DNA of 64,000 nucleotides from Planctomycetota bacterium (GTDB lineage: Bacteria; Planctomycetota; UBA11346), in contig JBBRLJ010000030.1 in the NCBI GenBank assembly GCA_038231435.1, positions 8,087-72,086 on the forward strand, read 5' to 3'. The position numbers were made by a program, and so were the translations under genes. The stretch's first letter is position 1. Each line of letters opens with the position of its first letter. This document shows, one piece after another, positions 9,823 to 18,546 of this stretch. The notes beneath the pieces were generated by a model. That model worked only from the letters and a program-made list of their open reading frames with translations. It did not search any database and was not told where the DNA came from.

Positions 9823-11557
9823 GCCCACCGCGAATCGGCGGCCCGTGTCGCTTTCTCCGACCTTGATCGGAATCTGCGCGCGGGTCCGTGGGCCTGCGTG
9901 GTGCGGGTGGCACGGAGCTCGACGGAACGGTTTCACCATGATCGAGGTGATGGTCGCCGTCGCGATCTCCACCGTTCTGATCCTCACCGCGGTGGCGGCC
10001 TTCCGCGTGGCCACCGGAGCCATCGCCACCGCGACCAGCCTGAGCATCGAGAACTCGTTGCTGCGCACCGGTTGGCAGGCTTCGCTCGAGGACGTGGATT
10101 TCTATCATTCGCTCGCCGACGACAAGCCGCCGTACAACAAGGGATTCATGCGCGCACGCACGCTGCGCGTGGACGATCCGGCGACACCGAACATCAGCGA
10201 ACCGTTCATCCGTCGGGCCTTCCAGCCGATCATGTTCCAGCCGAGCACCGATCCTGACGTCCTGCCCTTCGACCATCCCGACCCAGCCAATGCGGCGCAT
10301 TATCGTGCTGACGCCAAGGTCCTGAATCCGAACACCCTGCAGGCACATGATCCCCGCTCGATCGACCGCTCCTTCCTGTATTTCAATTACACGCCCAGCG
10401 GGGCGCGTTACCGCTACATCAGCCCGGTATGGGTTCATGGCGACTACCGCCTGGTGTGCGCCACCGACATGCGCTCGCGTCCCGACGAGATCGATCCGAA
10501 GTTCCCGACCGGCATCGCCAGCGGTGGCACGGCGACGGTGCTCACCGATCTCGACAAGAAGAACATCGATGCGGATCCCAATCCACCCTGGGACAGCTAC
10601 AGGCCGCAGCCTGACAGCGAGTATCCGGAGCAGGTCCGCAATCTGGCCTTGCGCACCAGCGTGAACCAGGTGGTGCCGATGCTCTATTGGCAGATGTTCA
10701 GCCGCCTCTCGCTGCTCGGCGCGACCGAATATACCTCGATGGGCTACAACCTCTTCCTCCAGGACCAGAATGGCAATCCGCCCGGAGACAACAGCGGGTG
10801 GATGCCCGGTGACTGGATCGGCACCAGTCCACACAACTTCCCGTCCGATGGCGGACCGCAGTGCGAACTGGCGCAGAGCTGCTGGGGGGTGGGCGGCCTG
10901 TGGTGGCGGTCGGATGTCACGGGCTCGCGCGATTTCACGAACTGGATCGGTCGCGATTTTCGCGAAAGCCGCACCTGGGCCATCGGCCTGCGCGCGCTGC
11001 TCGCCGATTCGGCCGATCGCGGCAACGGCGGCGGCATCGACAATCAGAACGGCATGTCCCAGCTGCTCGAGACCGGCAACGTCGCCGGCGGAGGCAACCA
11101 GAGCTGGTACTACGGCTACGCCCAGGACGGGAACACCGGAGACGTCGCTCGCAACGACCGCCGCTTCACGTCGAAGACGGTGCGCTTGCCGTACAACATG
11201 ACCGACGGCGAATTCGCGCGCATCGATCCCGCCGGTTGGCATCAGGCCGGCGCCCAGCGTGTCGCCACCTACGTGCCCACCGCGCTCGATTACGATTCCA
11301 AGCCGCGCGACTATCCAGCGCTCGAGACCACCATCCTGCGCTATTACCGCGCTGGAGGGCAGGGTACCCTCACCGTCGTCACTTCGACGATCACGGATGC
11401 GATCAGCGGCAAGCGCGTGGAGCTGGTGTCCAGCCCCTACGGCACTTCGTATCGCGGAGCGCGTCAGCACTGGCGCCTCTACAGCCCCGGCTACGCCGAC
11501 GGCAATGCCATCGGCGACTTCTACGACCCCATGCCCGGACCGCTCCATGCTCCGTGA
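9809..11557 (+). CDS. Prepilin-type protein (PilW/GspJ-like)
   Basis: RRNG|FTMIEVMVAVAI signal; overlaps previous stop. Confidence 0.78.
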   Translation: MSTIEPTANRRPVSLSPTLIGICARVRGPAWCGWHGARRNGFTMIEVMVAVAISTVLILTAVAAFRVATGAIATATSLSIENSLLRTGWQASLEDVDFYHSLADDKPPYNKGFMRARTLRVDDPATPNISEPFIRRAFQPIMFQPSTDPDVLPFDHPDPANAAHYRADAKVLNPNTLQAHDPRSIDRSFLYFNYTPSGARYRYISPVWVHGDYRLVCATDMRSRPDEIDPKFPTGIASGGTATVLTDLDKKNIDADPNPPWDSYRPQPDSEYPEQVRNLALRTSVNQVVPMLYWQMFSRLSLLGATEYTSMGYNLFLQDQNGNPPGDNSGWMPGDWIGTSPHNFPSDGGPQCELAQSCWGVGGLWWRSDVTGSRDFTNWIGRDFRESRTWAIGLRALLADSADRGNGGGIDNQNGMSQLLETGNVAGGGNQSWYYGYAQDGNTGDVARNDRRFTSKTVRLPYNMTDGEFARIDPAGWHQAGAQRVATYVPTALDYDSKPRDYPALETTILRYYRAGGQGTLTVVTSTITDAISGKRVELVSSPYGTSYRGARQHWRLYSPGYADGNAIGDFYDPMPGPLHAP

Positions 11558-13010
11558 TCCACTCCCGCGTGACAGCCATCACCGTGACGGCGCGGTGCTG
11601 ATCATCGTCGCCGGATTGGCGTCGATCCTGCTCGTGCTGTCGGTGACCTTCCTGGCACGCATGCGTTCGGATAGCCGCGAGATGCGCGCGGTCGTCGATC
11701 AGGCCCAGGCACGGTTGATGATGCATGCGGCGGTGATGTACATCCAGGAATGCTCGCGCATCGGTTGGGGAGATCGGACCGGCGAATGCTGCGGCTGGAC
11801 CGACGTCCGCGATGGATCGCTCGGTCCACGCGGGCCGCGGCCGGCGGCCGGAGCCGGCGCGGCCACCGGGATCCCCGCCCCCGAATGGTGGTCGATGCAC
11901 GCTGATTGGCCGCCCTACAAGGCGTATCCGGACGAGGTCGCTGACTTCCCGGCACTGGGCCAGCGCAAGGGCGGCTGGCCCCTGCCCGGCACCGCGACGC
12001 GCTGCCCGATGGCGGTTGCGGTGCGCCCGCCGTTCGCGGTGCAGTTGACGGTGAACTACAACCCGGTGCCGACACCCGTCGCCTACCGCGACCCGGCGTG
12101 GAATACGCCCTGGAATCCGCGCAGCGGCGATCCGAGCTACGATTGGGGATCCTGGCCGGCGATCGTGCAATGGCCGGTAGGTTGGATCGATCGCATATTC
12201 GATCCCAGCCACGGCGCGAAGGGCATGCTCGATCCTCAGCCCGTCGCCGAGACCTGGACTGACTTCTGCGCCGGAGCCCAGGAGCCCGCTGGCGGAGGCG
12301 ATTGGAAGCGCGAGGCCATCGATGCCGATGGAGTGCCCCGGCGTGGACAGGTGGCACTCGCGGTGCAGCCGGGATCGGAGAACCGTTCGTGGTTCCGAGT
12401 CTACCGCGAGCTGCAGGCCGACCACGACGACATCGACCAGCCCGACGATCATCTCTGGTGGGACAAGGTCGCGCTCTACGACCCGGCGGACCCCAGCCAG
12501 GCGAAATACAATTGGAGCGTCTTCATCATCAGCTGCGGAGCTGGCGGCACGCGCGGCTACCGCTTCTGGAACGACGCCGAGATCGCGGCCTGGGAGGCCA
12601 GGCATCGTTTCCTGCCCGGGGTCGGACGCTGCCTCGAGCCGGTGACGGCCGAGGAATCCGGATTGTTTCCCGATCAGCGTACCTTCCGCGATCTGCTCGA
12701 ATCCAGTCAGATCCTGTGGTTCCGCTGCGAGTGGTCGGCGCTGCAATCAGGCGCTCGCGACAACACCGTCTACAACGATCCGGTGTTCCGCGTGGGCATC
12801 GTGCCGATGGGCGTGGCGGTGGTGCGCGAGCGTGATCAGAACTGGTGGGTTCCCTCGGTCGACTACGATTACAACGCCCAGTACGCCAGCACCTCGGTCG
12901 TGCAGACCGGAACCTCGGCGTGGAGCGACACGCGCAGTTCGTCGCCCAAGACCTATGGCGGAAACCTGCGCTGGATCCAGCGGCTGGACCGTGATCCGGT
13001 GAAGTGGTGA
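11547..13010 (+). CDS. PilX/GspK-like minor pilin
   Basis: HRDG|AVLIIVAGLASILLVL lacking Glu5, followed by QAQARLMMHAA helix typical of PilX N-termini. Confidence 0.72.
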   Translation: MLRDPLPRDSHHRDGAVLIIVAGLASILLVLSVTFLARMRSDSREMRAVVDQAQARLMMHAAVMYIQECSRIGWGDRTGECCGWTDVRDGSLGPRGPRPAAGAGAATGIPAPEWWSMHADWPPYKAYPDEVADFPALGQRKGGWPLPGTATRCPMAVAVRPPFAVQLTVNYNPVPTPVAYRDPAWNTPWNPRSGDPSYDWGSWPAIVQWPVGWIDRIFDPSHGAKGMLDPQPVAETWTDFCAGAQEPAGGGDWKREAIDADGVPRRGQVALAVQPGSENRSWFRVYRELQADHDDIDQPDDHLWWDKVALYDPADPSQAKYNWSVFIISCGAGGTRGYRFWNDAEIAAWEARHRFLPGVGRCLEPVTAEESGLFPDQRTFRDLLESSQILWFRCEWSALQSGARDNTVYNDPVFRVGIVPMGVAVVRERDQNWWVPSVDYDYNAQYASTSVVQTGTSAWSDTRSSSPKTYGGNLRWIQRLDRDPVKW

Positions 13011-14359
13011 GCGTGCCCTTCGCGTGCCGATCGCGCGGGTTCACCCTCGTCGAGCTGCTCGTGGTCGTGGCGATCATCGCGATCCTCGCGGGCATGCTGC
13101 TCGCAGTCGTGTCGATGGCGCGCATGCGGGTGCGGTCCCTCGATACCGTCCAGAGGATGCAGCACGTGCTCGACGCCCTCGCCGCGTATGGGCAGGAGCG
13201 CGTGAGCAGGGCCGCCGCCCTGCAGCGGGCATGCGGACTCGGTGGCGTCGAGAGATTCGCTACCATCGACATCATCGAGAACGTCGTCGCTGCGCCCAGC
13301 GTGGGTGGAGCGAGGCCGGTCGAGCTGTACCGCCCGGACTCGTCGGGGCAGCTCTGGGATCGCAATGATTGGTATCAGCAGTTCCAAAATCAGCCTTACT
13401 GGAATCGGCTCGTCGACGCGCTGCCGCCGTCGAGCGGCGCGGTTCCCGACGGTTGGTATGAACGAGCCTGGCCATTCCATTGGCCGGACAGCGACTGGGA
13501 CCAGGCGGCTCCGGGAGCGGATCCGCCGGTACTGCGCTTTCCCTGGGGAAAACCAGGGCTGCGGCTCGACGGCACGATCTGCGATCCGGCACTGCCGCCG
13601 ACCGCCGTCGCATGCACGCTCATCGAGTGGAAGGACCTGTGGGTATTCCAGAACAACAGCCTCAACGACCCCAGCCGGTTCGTGCGCGTTCCGGTGCCGA
13701 ATCGCTGGGCGGTGACCGGCTCGAGCGCGCCGGACTCGGCTGTCGGTTACAGCGTGCCGTCCCTAGACCAGACCGAGGCCGTGGACACCGCAGTGACCGG
13801 CACCCGCTCGAACGGCGGCGCCGTCGCAACGGAAGCGAGCCAGCCGTTGCCCTTCGATCTCGGCCTGTTCTCGCCGCTAGCGACGATACCGCTACTCCAG
13901 GCCGCCGACGTCCTGCCGATCGGTCCCGAGGGTGATCAGGCGTACCGCCGCGATCGCTCGGCGAAGCGGCCATGGAACGACGCCTGGGGCCGGCCGCTGG
14001 TGGTGGTGTACGCGCTGTTCCAGCCCGAACGTGCCCGCCGCCATTTCGACGGCCAGAACCGCCGCGACATCATGCTCAAAGGTGCCGCGACCGCGTACGG
14101 CTACGACCGTTCGTTGTACCTGGCGATCGGTGCCTGCGGCCCCGAGGCCGATGCGACGACTCTCGCAGAGCTGTCCGAATCCACCTCGCCCACCACGGAC
14201 CATCCGCCGCTGCGTCTTCTATGGCGTGGGATCCGCTCGGTCTGCCACGCCGAGCAGTGGACCGAGCGCTCGCAGCTGGCTCCGCCGTGGGCTGGCGTGA
14301 GGGAGGGGAAGCAGGGCGGACAGCGGTGTTTGCTGACCACACCATTGGAATTTCATTAG
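13004..14359 (+). CDS. Prepilin-type protein (PilE/GspG-like, extended)
   Basis: SRG|FTLVELLVVVAIIAILAGML; DAWGRPL motif near C-terminus. Confidence 0.82.
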   Translation: MVSVPFACRSRGFTLVELLVVVAIIAILAGMLLAVVSMARMRVRSLDTVQRMQHVLDALAAYGQERVSRAAALQRACGLGGVERFATIDIIENVVAAPSVGGARPVELYRPDSSGQLWDRNDWYQQFQNQPYWNRLVDALPPSSGAVPDGWYERAWPFHWPDSDWDQAAPGADPPVLRFPWGKPGLRLDGTICDPALPPTAVACTLIEWKDLWVFQNNSLNDPSRFVRVPVPNRWAVTGSSAPDSAVGYSVPSLDQTEAVDTAVTGTRSNGGAVATEASQPLPFDLGLFSPLATIPLLQAADVLPIGPEGDQAYRRDRSAKRPWNDAWGRPLVVVYALFQPERARRHFDGQNRRDIMLKGAATAYGYDRSLYLAIGACGPEADATTLAELSESTSPTTDHPPLRLLWRGIRSVCHAEQWTERSQLAPPWAGVREGKQGGQRCLLTTPLEFH

Positions 14360-14425
14360 CGGAGGAATCCGGGAACCGTCGCTCGTCTCGCTTCCCTCTT
14401 CCGCGTCTGGGCTGCTTCCCGAGGC

Positions 14426-15976
14426 CTACTTCAACAACCCCGAAACCGACGTGATGTTGCGCAGATCGTTGTCCTGCAGTTCGAGTCTCGCTCCGGCCCA
14501 TGCTCCAGGCGCGTCGATGCAATCATCGACGCCGCCGACCATGTAGATGTTCGACCACACGCGCAGCGAGGCCGTCGAGCGCAGCAGAACGGTCCCGTGC
14601 TCGTAGCGCCGGTCGTCGAGATCACGGTTGTTCTGCTTCTGGCGCGCCATGACCCGAACCGCCAGGCGATCGCTCCACAGCGGCACCTCGGCGTAACAAC
14701 CGATGCGGGTCTCGATCAGGCCACCCGCGATGGTGAGCCAGTAGGTGCCCTTGGTGGCGGTCTCGCCGAAGCGCCAACCGAGCAGCAGGTTGAAGTCCAC
14801 CGGGATGCTGTCGGGGCTCTCTGCCTTGAGCGGCGAGCGATCGCGCGGCGCCGAACGATACGAGACTCCGCCCTGGTAGAACTTCCAGGCGTGCGGTTCG
14901 AGGCGCAGGTAGACGCCGGCGGTGAAGCTGCCGCTGCGCGTGTCGTAACCGCCATCGACGCCGCCGAACAGCTTCAATTCGCTCAGTCCACCGGTCAGCG
15001 GTTTGATCTCGTTCAAGCGCTCGGTGAGATTGTCGACCGCGGCGACCAGCTTGTCGTGGGCGGTATCCTCCATGATCAGCTTGCCGGCGGTGCCCTTGCC
15101 CTGCGCGATCTGGTGGGTGACCACGCGCAGGTCGCCGGCCATGTCGTCGAGCTTCGGCGCCATCTCGGCGAATTTTCCTGCGACCAGCTTGAGATCGGCG
15201 CGGTTCTCGGCGATCAGGTCGGTCGCCTGGTGCCCGGCATCCGCGATCGACTTGCCGCCGTTGCCGAGGTCCGAGATCGCCTGCGGTAGGCGCTCGGTGG
15301 TCTCTTTGATGCTGCTGCGGTTCTCTTCGACCAGTTCCGACACCTGCTTGCCCATGGCCTCGAGCCTGGTGAGCACCTGGTTGACCAGCTGCTGGTTGTC
15401 GGCGACCAGCTTGTCGAGGCTCTCGGACATGCGCCGCACGTTGCTGATCGCGAGCTTCACCTCGACGCGGTTCTCAGCGATCAGGTCGCGGATCTCGCCT
15501 GCCGCTTGACCGATGCTCTCGACGCTGTGGCGCGCGAGTTCTACCAGGTCCTCGCCCTTGCGAGCGGTGATCGCCTTGTGGTCGCGCAGCTGCACCGTCG
15601 ATTGGCCAGGCCAGATCTCGACGAAGGTGTCTCCGAGCAGGCCTGCGACCGGGGTGTGGATGATCGCGTAGCAGTCGTCGCGCAGGCGGGAGCGGTAGCG
15701 CTCGCGCACGGTCAGGGTGGCGTGCGTCTCTGACGAGCTCTCGAGGTGCGCCTCGACCACCTCGCCGGCGGTCTCGCCGAGGATCTTCACCGGCAGGCCG
15801 GCACGCAGCAGGCCGATGTCCTGGGCCGAGAACACCACCTCGATGGGGAATTGCGGCTCCAACCAGTGCCTGGCCTTGCCAACCAGCACGATGCCCGCGA
15901 GCAGCACCAGGCAGGCGGCGAGCACGAAGCCGCCGACGATGCGGTTGAGATGGCGGAATTTGAAGGGGGCGATCAT
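14426..15976 (-). CDS. mlaD: MlaD/MCE family protein with long helical region and C-terminal beta-rich domain
   Basis: N-terminal TM, GLLRAGLPVKILG..GEV and GLLGDTFVEI MCE motifs, heptad helical repeats, GKGTAGKLI. Confidence 0.82.
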   Translation of the reverse strand: MIAPFKFRHLNRIVGGFVLAACLVLLAGIVLVGKARHWLEPQFPIEVVFSAQDIGLLRAGLPVKILGETAGEVVEAHLESSSETHATLTVRERYRSRLRDDCYAIIHTPVAGLLGDTFVEIWPGQSTVQLRDHKAITARKGEDLVELARHSVESIGQAAGEIRDLIAENRVEVKLAISNVRRMSESLDKLVADNQQLVNQVLTRLEAMGKQVSELVEENRSSIKETTERLPQAISDLGNGGKSIADAGHQATDLIAENRADLKLVAGKFAEMAPKLDDMAGDLRVVTHQIAQGKGTAGKLIMEDTAHDKLVAAVDNLTERLNEIKPLTGGLSELKLFGGVDGGYDTRSGSFTAGVYLRLEPHAWKFYQGGVSYRSAPRDRSPLKAESPDSIPVDFNLLLGWRFGETATKGTYWLTIAGGLIETRIGCYAEVPLWSDRLAVRVMARQKQNNRDLDDRRYEHGTVLLRSTASLRVWSNIYMVGGVDDCIDAPGAWAGARLELQDNDLRNITSVSGLLK

Positions 15977-16004
15977 GCGGCAGCTCGACGACGGAGGTTC
16001 CCCA

Positions 16005-16901
16005 TCACAGCCTGCCCATGAAGGTGCCGGTGACGCTGGCGATCGAGGCGCGCGCGGCATGCCGCGAGGGCAGCGACAGCACCTGCCCGCCAAGCAGGTA
16101 GGCGGTCTCGGCGTCGCTGGTGCAGGCGAGCACGGTGAGCTGGCGCGCCGCCTGGATGCGCGCGATCAGGTGCCAGATCTCGTGCTTGGCCATGCCGGCG
16201 AGATCGCGCGCCGGCTCGTCGACCACCAGCAGCTTGGGCTCGAGGATCAGCGCGCGCGCGAGCGCCGCCAGCCGGCGCAGGCGCAGCGAGGCGAGCGCCG
16301 AGGCGATGGTCGGGATCTCATCGATGCCGAGCAGCTCCTGCATGCGTTCGAGCGCGTCCTTGACCTCGGCGTCGCCGGCCGATCGGTGGTAGCGCAGCGG
16401 CAGCGAGATGTTGTCGGCGAGCGAGAGGTTGCTCAGCAGCCCGCCGTGCTGGGGCACGTAGCCGATGCGCGCGCGCATTGCGTCGAGCTGGTCGCTCGGC
16501 AGCAGCCGCGGCCTGAGCCCGAGCACGCGCAGCTCGCCGTTGGTGGGACGTGTCCCGCCCATCACCAGGGCGATGGCCGCGCTCTTGCCGTTGCCGGCCG
16601 GGCCGGTGAGCACCAGCGAGTGTCCCTGATGCAGCTCGAAGTTGAGATTCTCGAGCAGCGGGGTGGTGTAGGCGCCCGGCGACTGGTACGAGACGCGGTT
16701 GAACGACACCAGCGGTTCGGGAGTGAAGATCTGCGCGTCGGTCTGGCGATGCTGCTGCGCGTCGGGCTCGATGGTCTGCTGGGTGAAGTCGGAGGCGTCG
16801 TCCTGCGCGGCGGGGCGCGGCGACTCGCTTTCGCCATCGCGGCTCTCGCGCGACGTTCCGCTCGTCTCCCCGTCCGCCTGGTCGCCGGATCGCCCGCTCA
16901 T
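16005..16901 (-). CDS. mlaF: ABC ATP-binding protein, MlaF-like, with degenerate motifs
   Basis: GPAGNGKS Walker A, YVPQHGGLLSNL Q-loop, LLVVDEP Walker B; lies between mlaE and mlaD. Confidence 0.75.
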   Translation of the reverse strand: MSGRSGDQADGETSGTSRESRDGESESPRPAAQDDASDFTQQTIEPDAQQHRQTDAQIFTPEPLVSFNRVSYQSPGAYTTPLLENLNFELHQGHSLVLTGPAGNGKSAAIALVMGGTRPTNGELRVLGLRPRLLPSDQLDAMRARIGYVPQHGGLLSNLSLADNISLPLRYHRSAGDAEVKDALERMQELLGIDEIPTIASALASLRLRRLAALARALILEPKLLVVDEPARDLAGMAKHEIWHLIARIQAARQLTVLACTSDAETAYLLGGQVLSLPSRHAARASIASVTGTFMGRL

Positions 16902-17698
16902 ATGAAGGCCAGCGCGGTGATCAGGGCGTCCCACACGAAGACCGCGGTGATGGCGCGCACCACGCCGCGGGTCGTGGCGCGCGGGACCTCGGTGATGATG
17001 CCAGGGCCGCCGAGGCCCTCCTTGCAGGCGATGGCGGTGATCAAGAGGCCCGGGACGACGGTCTTGGCGAGCAGGATGACCGCGTCGAATGGCGTGAGGT
17101 GCTGGGCCAGGAGCGCGGTGAAGCGGTCGAGATCCGGCGCGCCCGGCACCAGCAGCAGGCTGAGCACGAATCCGCCAGCGAGCGAGAAGGCGATGAACAG
17201 CAGCACCAGGCAGACCAGCGAGATGCAGACCCCGCCGAGACGTGGCACCACCAGGTAGCGGAAGGGATCGATGCCCGACCACTCGAGCGCCTGGATCTCG
17301 CCGGCCACGCGCATGTTCGCGACCTCGGCCGCGATCGCGCTGCCGCTGCGCGCGATCACCACCATCGAGATCAGCAGCGGGCCGAGCTCGCGCACCAGCA
17401 CCACCACCAGCAGCTTGCCGAAGAGGTCGGACTGGCCGAGCCCGCCGAGCTGCACCTGACCCTGCACCACCAGGCTCAGCGCGGTGAGCAGCGCGAGCAG
17501 GGCGACGAACGGCACCGCCTCGACGCCGGTGAAGAGCACCTGGCGCAGCAGCACCTGGCGGGTCACCGGCTGGACGCGCCGCCAGCGCGCGATGCGCAGC
17601 AATCCGTAGCCCACCAGCGTGGCGATGTCGAGCACGTAGCTGGCGAGCGCGACGGTATTCGCCCCCACCGCGTCGATCACTCCCAACGCTTTGCGCAT
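16898..17698 (-). CDS. mlaE: MlaE family ABC permease
   Basis: VRELGPLL, ARSGSAIAAEVANMRVAGEIQALEWSGIDPFRYLVVPR, VPRATTRGVV. Confidence 0.92.
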   Translation of the reverse strand: MRKALGVIDAVGANTVALASYVLDIATLVGYGLLRIARWRRVQPVTRQVLLRQVLFTGVEAVPFVALLALLTALSLVVQGQVQLGGLGQSDLFGKLLVVVLVRELGPLLISMVVIARSGSAIAAEVANMRVAGEIQALEWSGIDPFRYLVVPRLGGVCISLVCLVLLFIAFSLAGGFVLSLLLVPGAPDLDRFTALLAQHLTPFDAVILLAKTVVPGLLITAIACKEGLGGPGIITEVPRATTRGVVRAITAVFVWDALITALAFI

Positions 17699-17829
17699 GG
17701 GAGGGTTATGCATGAGGATATGGGGTAATGCAATTGGTGGGGAGGGGTTCGGTCAGCGTTTCGGGGCACGGAGGTCCGAGTCTCGCATCGTTTGATCCGG
17801 TATTGAGAGGATGGGAGGGCGCGGTTGGA

Positions 17830-18024
17830 GAGGGTTCGAAGGTAGGAAGGCTGGAAAGCGAGAAGGCGGGAGGACAGTCGCCGGCACGTGGGATTCGAGC
17901 CTTCCGGCCCTCTGGCGTTCGTACGTTCTCAGCTTCGGGTCTTCGGGTCTTCGCGTCATGTTGGGATTCGAATCGAAAAGGGTTGAAGGTACGAAAGCTG
18001 GAAGGCTGGAGGGCTGGAAGACGG
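17830..18024. repeat. Three blocks of degenerate 8-nt tandem repeats (GAAGNNNN) in forward/reverse/forward orientation
   Basis: 17830-17877: 6 units; 17893-17956: 8 inverted units; 17985-18024: 5 units; palindrome GATTCGAATC at 17965-17974. Confidence 0.8.
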
Positions 18025-18174
18025 CCCGAAGGCACGTGTGTCGTGGCATTCTCCCCTGAGCTCGATTGTCGCGATCGGCATCGGCGTCAAGGCCAGGCCG
18101 CGGGGGCCGCGGTGGGCGGGGCGCCCAGCCTTGACCCCGATGCCGATCGCGGAGTGGGCGCAAGGAGAACGGAC

Positions 18175-18522
18175 ATGCAGAGATTCGAGGACTTGAGCGT
18201 GTGGCAGCGAGCGGCGGGATTGGCGGAGATGATTCGGGAAGAGAGGGGACTGCAGCGCAGCGGCGATGGATTGCGCGGTCAGATCCGCAGGGCCGCGGCA
18301 TCGATCGCGTACAACATCGCTGAGGGTCACGGCCGTGCGTGCGATGGCGACTTCCATCGCTTCCTGTCGATCGCGGGTGGTTCATGCGCCGAAGTGCAGG
18401 CGCAGTTGCGCATGGCGTATCGCGGTGGATTTGTTCCCCGCGATCGCTTCGTCGCCATGCTCGACGAAGCGATCGCCAGCAGATTCATGATCCGCAATCT
18501 GCGGCGCAGGCTGAGCGGATGA
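18175..18522 (+). CDS. Four helix bundle protein (23S rRNA intervening-sequence protein family)
   Basis: MQRFEDLSVWQRA..QIRRAAASIAYNIAEGHGR..FHRFLSIAGGSCAEV; AAGGAG RBS. Confidence 0.9.
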   Translation: MQRFEDLSVWQRAAGLAEMIREERGLQRSGDGLRGQIRRAAASIAYNIAEGHGRACDGDFHRFLSIAGGSCAEVQAQLRMAYRGGFVPRDRFVAMLDEAIASRFMIRNLRRRLSG

Positions 18523-18546
18523 GCGGAATCCGCTTCCGCTATCCTC

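Noticed and set aside
17830..18024. CRISPR array
   Set aside because: Units are 8 nt with no spacers and there are no cas genes
18175..18522. Diversity-generating retroelement (Avd-like gene)
   Set aside because: No reverse transcriptase and no TR/VR repeat pair seen in the window
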